Position numbers and translations under genes: made by a program. A DNA stretch of 28,328 bases from a virus (Duplodnaviria; Caudoviricetes): positions 1-28,328 of the IMG/VR virus record IMGVR_UViG_3300038675_001008; one strand, given 5' to 3'. Numbering within the stretch: position 1 is the first letter of the stretch; each line of letters opens with the position of its first letter. The notes beneath the pieces were generated by a model. The model was given only the letters and a program-made list of their open reading frames with translations. It searched no databases and was not told where the DNA came from. Shown here one piece after another: positions 1 to 9,484 of the stretch.

Positions 1-741
1 TCAATGGCGAAGATCAAAAAGCCGCAACTGAAGTGACAAAACCCCAATCAGAAATGCATCGTCACCCTGATCTGCGTCTAATATCTGGACGTCAAAGTCC
101 AAGTTAAATGGTTGCAAAATAACTCTGCTATTCTGTGGATCGAGGATGATCTTCTTGAGAGTGACTCCATCGCCAGCTCTTACCGCACCCACTTTTCCGT
201 TGGCAAATTCCCAGTCGTAGGTCTGCATAAGCAGCACGATGTCCTCGTGCATGATATTGGGTTCCATGATATGGCCGTTAACCCGGAAAGCCATGTATTT
301 ATCAGTGTTTCCGGGTACGAGGTTTCTGGGAATCTCCACGCTCTCGCCCAAACGCCGGAAGTCCTCGATGTGCTCTCTAGGTCCCGCGGAAATTTCGCCA
401 AGAATACTGAAGTTCACAGTGCGAGTATAATCTATTGTAGGCGCTTCAATTAGCCCGGTCTTGCTATCCACGACCTTCAGCTTCTGCTCCAATCTTTCCT
501 TCATCCAGCCATCGAAATCTTTCACAATTTGCATAGTGCCCTCGCCAGTGAGCAACCAATTTACATTCACTTGAGCCTTGGCTAAGGCGATCAAAAAGTT
601 GGGTTCCGGGACCCTGAGGCCAGCTTTGTAGCGGGATAAAGTAACGGGTGAGAGATTAAATTTTTCGGCAAATTCGTAGTTCTTTAACCTCATCATTTTC
701 ATTACTTTTAACAGTCGATCTCCAATCTCCTTGGTGGCCAT
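1..741 (-). CDS. CI/LexA-like phage repressor (HTH plus S24 peptidase domain) with catalytic Ser replaced by Ile
   Basis: N-terminal XRE HTH (EFAEKFNLSPVTLSRY, VNVNWLLTGEG), Ala-Gly site GEISAG, AFRVNGHIMEP, VTLKK. ATG at 741 follows an AGGAG RBS. Confidence 0.9.
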   Translation of the reverse strand: MATKEIGDRLLKVMKMMRLKNYEFAEKFNLSPVTLSRYKAGLRVPEPNFLIALAKAQVNVNWLLTGEGTMQIVKDFDGWMKERLEQKLKVVDSKTGLIEAPTIDYTRTVNFSILGEISAGPREHIEDFRRLGESVEIPRNLVPGNTDKYMAFRVNGHIMEPNIMHEDIVLLMQTYDWEFANGKVGAVRAGDGVTLKKIILDPQNSRVILQPFNLDFDVQILDADQGDDAFLIGVLSLQLRLFDLRH

Positions 742-761
742 AATCACTCCTTTTGTATAAG

Positions 762-843
762 ATTGTCATTGACAATTACCATACGGTTATCACAATAGCT
801 ACGGAACACGTTAAATGTTCCCCATAGATGTGTCAATGATAAT
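762..843. promoter_or_regulatory. Immunity switch: overlapping opposed sigma70-type promoters with two operator-like palindromes
   Basis: + strand TTGACA (769-774)-16 nt-CACAAT (791-796); - strand TTGACA (836-831)-17 nt-TAACGT (813-808). Palindrome ATTGTCAnTGACAAT at 762-776 and a near copy TGTCAATGATAAT at 831-843. Confidence 0.6.
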
Positions 844-998
844 TTTAAAGCAAGGTGATTCTCAATGGCATTCGTGCCGGCAAGATTGGAGCTCTGAAAA
901 TACTCGGCGGATTCTTCCGCCGGAGCGCAGAAAGGACTTCCCAAGAACTTGCTGGTATGGAAGTTAGCACCCTAACGATTACCGTTAAGGAGGTAAGA

Positions 999-1616
999 AT
1001 GAGCCAGTTAAAGCGGATTCAAAGCAGCTGTACAGACTGCCCCGCGAAAAATGTCCAAGTGGTTTTATCAGACCAACCAGTTGGACAAAATAGTCCCCGG
1101 CTCTGGCTGCGTATAGCTTCCGACCAGAATGTCACTGCACTTTGTGGATTTTTGTCCAAGTGCTCCGAAAATTGTCCAAGTGGTTCCCGAATTTGTCCAA
1201 GTGGTTTTGAAACTGGGGTCGGGAATTGTCCAAGTGGTTTTTCGGAAAAATGTCCAAGTGGTTTTCTGAATCTGGAAGGTTACGCAATGGAGAAGGAAGT
1301 TCAAGTATTATGGTTACCCCTCGCCCGGGTAGCTGCCCTGTATGGCAAATCGGTTAAGACCATCAGGCGGATGGTCGCAGACGGATCGTTTATCGCAATC
1401 AAGCGCATTGTTGAGAGCGGCAGTTACCGCATCAGCAAGCTGTTTATCGCCTCAGGCCAGGAGTTGGCAGATCTGGACAAGGCATATTGCCGCAAGCGTG
1501 GCGAACTGCCTGTCTATTTGGAGATGGAGCGCATCCTGCTGGATGGCTGCCAGCCCAGTTGCCTGTTCGTCATCGCATATTCTAAAGATAAGAAGGTGGA
1601 GCATGGACAAGACTGA
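999..1616 (+). CDS. Early HTH DNA-binding protein in the Ner/Cro position; N-terminal half overlaps a DNA repeat array
   Basis: Strong AAGGAGGT RBS before ATG 999 (alternative ATG at 1287). HTH-like WLPLARVAALYGKSVKTIRRMV; overlaps the transposase start. Confidence 0.65.
   Translation: MSQLKRIQSSCTDCPAKNVQVVLSDQPVGQNSPRLWLRIASDQNVTALCGFLSKCSENCPSGSRICPSGFETGVGNCPSGFSEKCPSGFLNLEGYAMEKEVQVLWLPLARVAALYGKSVKTIRRMVADGSFIAIKRIVESGSYRISKLFIASGQELADLDKAYCRKRGELPVYLEMERILLDGCQPSCLFVIAYSKDKKVEHGQD
1052..1264. repeat. Array of TGTCCAAGTG(GTT) repeats
   Basis: Direct copies start at 1052, 1153, 1173, 1194, 1227 and 1251; one inverted copy with one mismatch within 1075-1090. Confidence 0.9.
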
Positions 1617-3687
1617 CATCTATGATCAGATCGACTGGGACAACTATGCCAAGAACTATGATGAGTTGTTCGCGGCAGTCAAAGCCGGCAGTCAGATCAT
1701 GATCATCCCTCACGATTCCCCGACAGGAGAACCGGTTCCCCTGGAACTGGTAACCAAGTTCAACAAGGAGAGGATTGAACTTCCCATATATAAGGAAGAG
1801 GAGCCTCAAGCAATCGAGCCGGTATCGATGACTGAGCAGATAGAAGCTGCAGCAGCCCTGATCGAAACCGATGAACCTAAAACTGACCTGAACCTGGCTC
1901 CCCAGGATAAGGAACTGCTCAGCTGCATGACTGAAGCGCAGCTGCTCTCCCAGTTCTGCGAGGCAGCCATCTCGAGGGTAAACGATTCCGAAGCCAAGTT
2001 AGAAGCCTGGAATCATATCGCTATAGACTACAACCTGGGATTGCTGGTTCCGGAGCTATTCCAGATCAGGGGTAAGCGCACCGAACGCTCGCTGCGTAAG
2101 TGGGTGGATGCCTATCTGGAAAGCAACCGGGACATGTTCGCCTTGATCCACAAGAGCAAGAACCAGACTCGAGGCCGTAAGGTCACATATCTGGAACAGC
2201 ACTTCCTGATGAAGCTGCTGCTCTCGCCTCAGAAGATCAAGATCGGCTCGGCAGTGGCTACGGTGAAGGCCTTCGCCCGACTCGGCAATCTCGAGTCTCC
2301 CAGTTCGGTGCCTACCTTGAAACGCTGGTGCAAGGACTATAAGCTTAACAACCTGGCGGTCTGGACCCAGGCCCGGCATGGTAGTAAAGCGGTGGCGGAA
2401 GAGATAGTTAAAACGATCAAGCGGGATAATGACCTGCTCAAAGTCGGCCAGGTCTGGGTAGCCGATGGACATACCCTCTCCTTCGATATCATCAGCCCCA
2501 AGACCGGTAAGCCGCTGCGGATGACCATGATCATGGTGATGGACTGGGCTTCGAGATATCCGGTGGGAGCCTCACTCGCCTATACTGAGGATAGCCAGCA
2601 CATCCAACTGGCCTTCCGCAACGCCTTCCTCAATTATAAGGGAGTGCCCGAGGCTGTCTACCTGGATAATGGCAAGGCCTTTAGATCTAAACTATTCAAT
2701 GAGAAGTGGGAAGGGCATGACCTCTCCAGTGAGTTATCGGGTATCTTCCCCAGGCTGGGCATCAATGTGGTCTTCGCCGAGAGTTACAATGCCAAAGCCA
2801 AGATCATCGAGCGGTTCTTCCGTACCTTCCAGGAACGCTTTGAACGCTTCATCAGCAGTTTCAGGGGAGCATCGGTGGCGGACAAACCCTCCACGCTGAT
2901 GCGTAACGAAACCTGGGCTCGCAAGATGTATGAGTCCAAGCCGCCCACTCTGGAGGAAGCCATGCAGATGATCGGCTTCTTCATCAGATACATGTATGGC
3001 GAGGCTCCTCACAGCGGACTGGGCGGTAAGACTCCCTGGTCAGTGTTTAAAGCTGCGGAAGTGCCCGAAGCCCAGATGATCGAACCTAAGCGCTTGAACT
3101 ACCTGATGATGTCCACCGTCCGCAAGACACTCCGCAACAATGGCATCGTCCTGAATAAGCTGCAATACTGGAGCACCGAACTGATCGAGCACATGGGCAA
3201 GGAAGTCCTGATCAGATACGATCTCTGCGATGCGAGATGGATACTGGTCTATGACCTGCAGGACAACTACATCTGCCAGGCTGAGGTCCGAAAAGCGGTC
3301 GATCCCTTCATCCACCTGGATATGGAGAACGCGATCTCAGTGGCTGAGGTCAAGAAAGAGTACAAGGCCATCAAACGGCACCAGAGAATGATCGCCAACC
3401 GCACCAGACTCACGGTCAAGAAGACCCAGGAAGTGGTCGATGCCTACGTGAAGAAGCTGGTGCTGCCTCCCCAGGAGGACAACCCAACCTTTATCCAGCC
3501 GCCTGCCATCGAAGCTCCCAAACCGGGGCCGGATCAGATCATGGAAGCCCTGGAGAAACAAGCCATGCAAAAGCTCCCCAACCTACTCGAAGTAATCAAG
3601 AAGCCTGCAGGGCAGGACGATGAAGAGAATGGGGAAGTCAGGCCTAAAACACGCAAAGAAATGCTGAAGTTCATCGGCATACAATAG
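1603..3687 (+). CDS. Mu-like DDE transposase (MuA family)
   Basis: Catalytic motifs WVADGH, YLDNGKAF, AKIIERFF; PHSGLGGKTP; C-terminal VLIRYD. ATG 1603 follows a purine-rich AAGGTGGAG tract. Confidence 0.93.
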   Translation: MDKTDIYDQIDWDNYAKNYDELFAAVKAGSQIMIIPHDSPTGEPVPLELVTKFNKERIELPIYKEEEPQAIEPVSMTEQIEAAAALIETDEPKTDLNLAPQDKELLSCMTEAQLLSQFCEAAISRVNDSEAKLEAWNHIAIDYNLGLLVPELFQIRGKRTERSLRKWVDAYLESNRDMFALIHKSKNQTRGRKVTYLEQHFLMKLLLSPQKIKIGSAVATVKAFARLGNLESPSSVPTLKRWCKDYKLNNLAVWTQARHGSKAVAEEIVKTIKRDNDLLKVGQVWVADGHTLSFDIISPKTGKPLRMTMIMVMDWASRYPVGASLAYTEDSQHIQLAFRNAFLNYKGVPEAVYLDNGKAFRSKLFNEKWEGHDLSSELSGIFPRLGINVVFAESYNAKAKIIERFFRTFQERFERFISSFRGASVADKPSTLMRNETWARKMYESKPPTLEEAMQMIGFFIRYMYGEAPHSGLGGKTPWSVFKAAEVPEAQMIEPKRLNYLMMSTVRKTLRNNGIVLNKLQYWSTELIEHMGKEVLIRYDLCDARWILVYDLQDNYICQAEVRKAVDPFIHLDMENAISVAEVKKEYKAIKRHQRMIANRTRLTVKKTQEVVDAYVKKLVLPPQEDNPTFIQPPAIEAPKPGPDQIMEALEKQAMQKLPNLLEVIKKPAGQDDEENGEVRPKTRKEMLKFIGIQ

Positions 3688-3695
3688 GAGGAAAA

Positions 3696-4412
3696 GTGAA
3701 ACAGAATCAACTCGTCAGAATTCGCAATGTGGTTGAAGCTGACAACTGCATTAACTATCTGGTTAACCGACCTAAAACAGAGATGGTGGGTCTGGGCTTA
3801 CTCTACGGCAGGCCTGGCTATGGCAAGACCGCCTTCGCCCAACGCACCGCTTTTCAGCGTGGCTACATCTATCTGCGGCTGGAGTCCCATACCACCGCCA
3901 AGACCTTCGCCAACATGTTGGTAGCCGCCTTGTACGATCACTTGAACATTAACGATCCGATCCCCATCGGCACCTCCCAGAACCTCTACAAACACTGCAT
4001 GGATATCCTGGATGAGCATCCCAAGACGGTGATCATCATCGATGAGATCGACTACGCCTTCGATCAGCCTAAACTGCTCGGAGCCATCCGGGACATCGTG
4101 GACGAGACGCTGGTCATCATCATCCTGGTGGGCATGCAGACTGCCCGGGATCGCCTCTCCCGGCTCAATGAACACTACTTCGACCGCTGCAATGCCTTCG
4201 TGGAATTCCAGCCTGTAAACAAGAAGGATATCAGATCTATAGCCCAAGAGGTTATGGAGATACCGGTAACCGAGAACATCGTGGAGGACCTCTATCAGAC
4301 CAGCAAGGGCAACCTGCGTAAAGCGGTCAAGATGATGTACTCCCTCGAAACCGGGCAGATGCTCCCTGAAGATAAGCCCAGTAACGTGATAGATCTCAAG
4401 GAGGTAAAGTGA
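3696..4412 (+). CDS. MuB-like AAA+ transposition ATPase
   Basis: Walker A GRPGYGKT, Walker B IIIDEID, ILVGM, GNLR; directly downstream of the transposase. Confidence 0.9.
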   Translation: MKQNQLVRIRNVVEADNCINYLVNRPKTEMVGLGLLYGRPGYGKTAFAQRTAFQRGYIYLRLESHTTAKTFANMLVAALYDHLNINDPIPIGTSQNLYKHCMDILDEHPKTVIIIDEIDYAFDQPKLLGAIRDIVDETLVIIILVGMQTARDRLSRLNEHYFDRCNAFVEFQPVNKKDIRSIAQEVMEIPVTENIVEDLYQTSKGNLRKAVKMMYSLETGQMLPEDKPSNVIDLKEVK

Positions 4413-5097
4413 CACCCACCGAACTGGTCAAGAACTTCGTAAAGCAATATCGCAAGCCTTTCGCGGCGGAAACGATAGCCGGATACACTACAATAGAGAC
4501 CGCAGAGATCAACCGATTCTTCAGGATCTCACTCAGACTGGCCTGATCAAGGAGGTCGAAACAGGCATCTTTGTAAATGCCAATCGCTACAATCCGGTAC
4601 TCTGCTATGGGCAGAAGGGAACCTGGAACTTCCATCCCCATGCCGCTAATCAACTGCTGAATCTGATTGAGAATGGCAGCTACACATCAATCCGGAAAAT
4701 AACTGCCGACTTCCCCCGCAGCCGCCAGTGGGTCTTTGTCTATCTGGAAGCCCTGGCTTCGATAGATGCCATCGGCTTTGATAAAGTCTACTACGTTAAA
4801 TCCAGAGCCAGGCTCAAGGAAATCGGCAAGCACATCAAGAAAGGCATACTCCACGAACTGACCTGTAAACCGCCTGATCCTAATGCCAAGACTAAAGAGC
4901 AACTCAGGGCCGAAGCCGCAGAACGTAGAAGGCTCAGGCAGGAAAAGAAAGAAGCTGAGAGTAAGTCCAAGCAGGAATATAGAGCCTATAGAGCCGCCAA
5001 GAAGACTGAGTGGGAGAAAATCAAATCCTTACGTCGGCAGGCGAATGAGATGTGTAGGCTGATGGCTGAAGACTACAAACAAAGATACTCCAACTAA
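4409..5097 (+). pseudogene. Frameshifted early gene (winged-helix-like, basic coiled-coil C-terminus)
   Basis: GTG overlaps the ATPase stop (GTGA). MTPTELVKNF...AEIN shifts frame near 4514 into ILQDLTQTGLIKEV..., which is open to TAA at 5095-5097. Confidence 0.7.
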
Positions 5098-5113
5098 GAA
5101 GAGAGGGCATTCT

Positions 5114-5551
5114 ATGGAACAGGAACTGAGAGAACGAAAACTACGTCAACAAATCCACGCCATCCGGGTTAAGAAATTCCACTGGCCGATGGACGCATTC
5201 AAGTACATCATGAACGGCATGGGCTACGGCGATTCGCTCAGAGCCCTATCCGAGGACAAGCTGCTCGAGTTCAAGGCCATCATGTTGAAGTATCGCAGGC
5301 ATGGCCGACCTCTCGAATACAACTACGATAAGCAGGGCAAGTACATGCATGCCTTGATGAAGCAAGCCGGCTGGACCGAGTCCCAGCTCCGGGCATTCAC
5401 GATCAGTCACTATTCCAAAAGCCACTGGAACCTGCTCAATATGAACGAGCGCAGAGCGGTCATCGCCATGTTCCAGTCCTACATCAAGAAACAAGAGATC
5501 AATGCACAATCAAATATACAAAGCGATCCTAAGGAGGATTCAAATGAGTAA
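5114..5551 (+). CDS. GemA/DUF1018-like Mu phage regulatory protein
   Basis: RQQIHAIR...DAFKYIM...DSLRALS pattern and position in the early operon. Confidence 0.6.
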   Translation: MEQELRERKLRQQIHAIRVKKFHWPMDAFKYIMNGMGYGDSLRALSEDKLLEFKAIMLKYRRHGRPLEYNYDKQGKYMHALMKQAGWTESQLRAFTISHYSKSHWNLLNMNERRAVIAMFQSYIKKQEINAQSNIQSDPKEDSNE

Positions 5552-6155
5552 AGCGAGCAAGCCAGTCAAAGAACGCACCTTAACCGATGCTCAAGGTAGG
5601 GAAATCCCTGTGAAGGTGCTGCACACCGAGATATTGGAAAAGGATGCCGCAGTCAAGAAAGCGATGGACTGCGCACTCAAACTGCAAGAACGTATTCTAT
5701 CCGACAAACAGAAAATGATCCAGATCATCGAGAACTATCTGAACGACGCTGCTCGCAGAAATGGCCTCGAATGGAAGGGCAATGCCCTGCTCATCAGCTT
5801 CGATGAGAAGTATCGCATCGAAATGCGTTTTAGAGAGAAGATTCAGTTCGGCATTGAGCTGCAACTCGCCAAGCAGAAAATAGACGAGTGCATCAAAGCT
5901 TGGTCTGCCGACTCCAGTGACAATCTCAAGGCTATCATCAACGAAGCCTTCCAGGTCGATAAGCGTGGGCAATTGGCACGTTATCGCATTTTCGCTCTCC
6001 GCAGATACAAGATCAAGGACCCGGTATGGAAGGAAGCGATGGAGCTTATCGATAAAGCCATTCTGGTCACTTCCACCAAGCAGTACATCTCTTTCGCAGT
6101 GAGAGACGAGGCTGGTAACTACAACCGAATCGTGCTGAACTTCAGTGCCCTGTAG
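5544..6155 (+). CDS. DUF3164-like Mu-phage protein
   Basis: LTDAQGREIP, IQFGIELQLAKQKIDECI, AFQVDKRG, WKEAMELI motifs; AAGGAGG RBS. Confidence 0.75.
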   Translation: MSKASKPVKERTLTDAQGREIPVKVLHTEILEKDAAVKKAMDCALKLQERILSDKQKMIQIIENYLNDAARRNGLEWKGNALLISFDEKYRIEMRFREKIQFGIELQLAKQKIDECIKAWSADSSDNLKAIINEAFQVDKRGQLARYRIFALRRYKIKDPVWKEAMELIDKAILVTSTKQYISFAVRDEAGNYNRIVLNFSAL

Positions 6156-6161
6156 ATACTG

Positions 6162-6186
6162 TCTCATGGTAGCCCATCCTGATTTG
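6162..6186 (+). promoter_or_regulatory. Putative late-promoter/activator motif, copy 1
   Basis: TCTCAT-N5-CCCATCCTGATTTG, repeated at 18379-18403; both copies are intergenic and upstream of late gene blocks. Confidence 0.55.
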
Positions 6187-6245
6187 ATCAAAGCAAGGGA
6201 GATTGAAACATGGCATCCATAGAAACGATAACAGCAGAGGAGCCA

Positions 6246-6455
6246 ATGAAAGTATTCGACGTCAATCGCAATTACCGACCGGACGAAGTAGCCACCGCTC
6301 TCCGAGTGAGTAGGAAAACCGTCTATCGTTGGATTAGAGACATTGCCAACCCTCTGCGAGCATTTCGCACAACTGAAAACGGACAGCTGCGCTGCTCCGG
6401 AAAAGACCTTAACCAATATGTCCTCAAGAACCAGGTCAAACCCGAGTATGAGTAA
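6246..6455 (+). CDS. Small excisionase-type HTH DNA-binding protein
   Basis: YRPDEVATALRVSRKTVYRWI. GAGGAG RBS before ATG 6246 (alternative start 6210). Confidence 0.8.
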   Translation: MKVFDVNRNYRPDEVATALRVSRKTVYRWIRDIANPLRAFRTTENGQLRCSGKDLNQYVLKNQVKPEYE

Positions 6456-6897
6456 CTCCATTGAGTTCCGCATCAAGCGGGATAACTGCAAAGAAGCCTA
6501 TCTGAACGGCAAAACCGAACCCACTGAGTTGGCGGTGATCTTCGGAGTATCCGATATCACCGTCCGCAAGTGGATCAAGTCAGGTAAGTGGGACGAGATG
6601 TTCAAGGAAGAGCGTAAGCTTGACCATGAGATCAACTTGGCTCGCAAGAAGGCTCTCATCCAAGCACTACGTGAGTATGCCAAGAATCCTGCCGATACCG
6701 CTCTGCAGAGCCTGGTCTCACTCATCAAGCAGAATCAGAAGGACGCGGTGCCATCAAAGGAGCTCAATGACTACATTGTTCGTTTCCTTGATCAGGTGAC
6801 CGACTTCATGATTGAAAGAGGTCACGAGACCCAGCTTAAGCAGTTCCAAAGCATCGTGATAGACCTGGCCGAGTACTTGAGGATCAGAAATGGATAG
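6448..6897 (+). CDS. Probable terminase small subunit (HTH)
   Basis: ELAVIFGVSDITVRKWIKSGKWDE HTH; lies upstream of the large terminase. Confidence 0.65.
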   Translation: MSNSIEFRIKRDNCKEAYLNGKTEPTELAVIFGVSDITVRKWIKSGKWDEMFKEERKLDHEINLARKKALIQALREYAKNPADTALQSLVSLIKQNQKDAVPSKELNDYIVRFLDQVTDFMIERGHETQLKQFQSIVIDLAEYLRIRNG

Positions 6898-7007
6898 ATA
6901 TACAGCCACGGACATGGTTGCCTCCAAACACACCTACATACCCATCCTGCCTACCCTCCAACGAGTGGAGCTGCTTCCTCCTGCTCCACGACATCCTGCC
7001 TGCCTGA

Positions 7008-7036
7008 CAGCGGAGCCGATCCCCTCGGCTCCGCTG
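7008..7036. repeat. Perfect 12-bp GC-rich inverted repeat (hairpin)
   Basis: CAGCGGAGCCGA-TCCCC-TCGGCTCCGCTG, ending 19 nt before the terminase ATG. Confidence 0.85.
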
Positions 7037-7055
7037 ATCCTTCCGGAAACCGGTT

Positions 7056-8603
7056 ATGCCTAAGAAGTTCATTCAGCGGCATAACAAGGCTCTGACGGAG
7101 ATCGCATCCAAAACGATCTCCGTCTTGCCTTTTATAGACGATAATCCTGAAGCCAAGACTGAGCGGATAAGGCGCACCACATCAGAGGGATGGGACGCCT
7201 TCTCGTTCTTCTGCCATACCTATTTCCCGCATATCTTCCCGCTACCTTTTTGCCCAGCGCACGAGACCATGTTCGATGAGACTGATAAGGGCTCAGGCAT
7301 TATCGCCATCACTGGTTTTCGTGGGCTGGGCAAAACGGTTCTCATGGGAGTGGTCTATCCGATCTGGATGATTATCAAAGGTGAACGCTACGTAATCCAT
7401 ACTGCAGCAGACATAGATCTGGCTCAAGAGCGCACCGCTTTCACTCTGCATGAGCTGCAGAACAACAAGCGGCTCACCATCGACTATCCGGAGCTGCAAC
7501 CTGTGGATGCCTTTGATCTGGACTTCTATCTCAAGAACAAAGCCAGGATCAGAGCCAGGAGTATCAAGCAGAGTCACCGTGGAACTATCAATCCCAAGAC
7601 TGCTAAGCGGCCCGGACTGATTGTCTGTGATGATATCGACAAAGAAGAGAATATGGGTAATCAGTCCATAGGCAAGAGACGCATGGAGAAGATCACCCAG
7701 GAGCTTGCCGGAGCTCTCTCTCCGGAGGGAAATGGCAGGATCGTCTGGCTCGGTAACCTGGTGCATCCCAACTACGCGATCTGCCAGTTTCAGGAGCTGA
7801 TATTGGGCGAATTACGGGCTGATAACCCTGATCTGGATACAAGGTCGGTTCTGAAAACGCACCAGAAAGCGATATTGCGCTTCTCGCTCGAAGATCGGCA
7901 GGGCAAGTCCGTCTGGGAGGCTCAATATCCCACTGCCACCCTGCCTAATCTAAAAGCCAAGTTCGGGTATACCGGATACCAGAGGGAGATGTTAGGGCAG
8001 CCAGTCATTGAAGGGAACATTTTTAAAAACCACTGGTTCACTAGATACAAAACTCTGCCTGAGCCATCCCACATGAAGCGGGTCTGGCTTTATGCCGATC
8101 CCGCATGGGGTGAGAAAGGCTGTTACAAAGCCATCATCTCCATAGGCTATGACGGCAACAGGTTCTATGTTATTCACGTCTGGATACGTCAGACAGAGAA
8201 CACCAAGTTCTTCAGATACTACTATGATGCCTATCAGGAGTTGGATCGAATCTACAGAGTCAAAGCCCGGGCAGCCTGTGAAACCACCTACGGTCAGGCA
8301 CGTATCCTGGCTGACTTCGATCGGTGGGCAAAGGACAACCGTCTGCCATCCATCAGCCACCGGATCAAGCGCATCGATAACAAGGACAACAAGAACCTGC
8401 GCATCGAGAGGACCGAAACCATCATCGAGACCGCCAAGCTGCTCTTTCCGGAGGGGCAGGATACACCAACCCTGATATCACAGTTCCTTACCTATCCGGA
8501 TGGCTATATAGATGGCTGTGATGCCTTGGCTGGCTGTCTGGAGAGGTTCTCAGAATACGATATCGGAAGGAACAGATTCAGGATCAAGAGGTTCGCCTTC
8601 TGA
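7056..8603 (+). CDS. Terminase large subunit
   Basis: Walker A GFRGLGKT, Walker B IVCDDID, motif III WLGN, nuclease motifs YADPAWG and DGCDAL. Confidence 0.9.
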   Translation: MPKKFIQRHNKALTEIASKTISVLPFIDDNPEAKTERIRRTTSEGWDAFSFFCHTYFPHIFPLPFCPAHETMFDETDKGSGIIAITGFRGLGKTVLMGVVYPIWMIIKGERYVIHTAADIDLAQERTAFTLHELQNNKRLTIDYPELQPVDAFDLDFYLKNKARIRARSIKQSHRGTINPKTAKRPGLIVCDDIDKEENMGNQSIGKRRMEKITQELAGALSPEGNGRIVWLGNLVHPNYAICQFQELILGELRADNPDLDTRSVLKTHQKAILRFSLEDRQGKSVWEAQYPTATLPNLKAKFGYTGYQREMLGQPVIEGNIFKNHWFTRYKTLPEPSHMKRVWLYADPAWGEKGCYKAIISIGYDGNRFYVIHVWIRQTENTKFFRYYYDAYQELDRIYRVKARAACETTYGQARILADFDRWAKDNRLPSISHRIKRIDNKDNKNLRIERTETIIETAKLLFPEGQDTPTLISQFLTYPDGYIDGCDALAGCLERFSEYDIGRNRFRIKRFAF

Positions 8604-9484
8604 TGAACTATTACGATAGACTTATGCTGGAGTACTACAGGATACTCAACAATGCTTGGAAGGCTGAGATCAGAGATGCCGCTCGACTTGCCATCCAGAT
8701 GCTGAGTGACATGCCACGAGCAGAGAAGATCAACCGGGACTCCATAGATAAGCTTATGGGCATCATCAATACCCAGTTGGGAGATGACTTCGCGGCCTTG
8801 GTCAATGAGCCCACCAAGGCGATAATAGACCGCTGTGTGCGGCTGGGACTGAGGGACACCCAAGTGCAAGCCCCGATCAAGACCAGCATTGGGCTCTGGG
8901 GCATTGAAGATCAGCATCTCTCATCCACCATCCAGAAGCAGCAGTTGTTCTGGATCGGGAATCACTTTGAAGCCGATATCCGCCAAAGCTTTGCAGATAC
9001 ACTATCAAAAGCTATTGAGCAGGGCTATACCAAGGAGATGTTAGCCGATACCCTCGAAGACCAGTTCAATGACCTTGCCAACCGATCCTCCCACTACTGG
9101 CAGGGACTGGCTGAGCACACAGCCCTGCGCATCAGGGAATTCGGAAGGTTGCAGGGATACAAGAAAACCAAGGCCAAATACTACAAGCTCTTAGTAATCC
9201 TCGATGATCACACCAGTGATATCTGCCGGGCATTGGCTGCCCAGGATAAGATCTATCCCTTAAACGATGCCCTCGAAGTGATGGACAAACTGATGGCTCT
9301 TGATACCAAATCCAACAGCCTGGATGATGCCCGGGAATACATCAGAGCCCTCGCACCCTGGGTCAAGGACGATCAGATCGAATACGACTCAGGTATGAAC
9401 CCGGTAGGTATCTCTGGAGCGCATACTCCGTTTCCCCCGTTTCATTGGAAGTGTAGAACAACAACGGTAATCTGGACTGAGTAG
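8603..9484 (+). CDS. Phage head morphogenesis protein (SPP1 gp7 / Mu F family)
   Basis: LDDHTSDICRAL and C-terminal PPFHWKCRT motifs. Confidence 0.85.
   Translation: MNYYDRLMLEYYRILNNAWKAEIRDAARLAIQMLSDMPRAEKINRDSIDKLMGIINTQLGDDFAALVNEPTKAIIDRCVRLGLRDTQVQAPIKTSIGLWGIEDQHLSSTIQKQQLFWIGNHFEADIRQSFADTLSKAIEQGYTKEMLADTLEDQFNDLANRSSHYWQGLAEHTALRIREFGRLQGYKKTKAKYYKLLVILDDHTSDICRALAAQDKIYPLNDALEVMDKLMALDTKSNSLDDAREYIRALAPWVKDDQIEYDSGMNPVGISGAHTPFPPFHWKCRTTTVIWTE

Noticed and set aside
855-998. GTG start at 855 for the early HTH gene
   Set aside because: A much stronger RBS precedes ATG 999; this stretch looks like a leader with a small hairpin (905-922).
1052-1264. Repeat array as a CRISPR array
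   Set aside because: Repeats are only 10-13 bp, spacers are about 10-20 bp and irregular, and there are no cas genes.
1342-1602. N-terminal extension of the transposase in the ORF track
   Set aside because: It overlaps the HTH gene in another frame; ATG 1603 fits translational coupling better.
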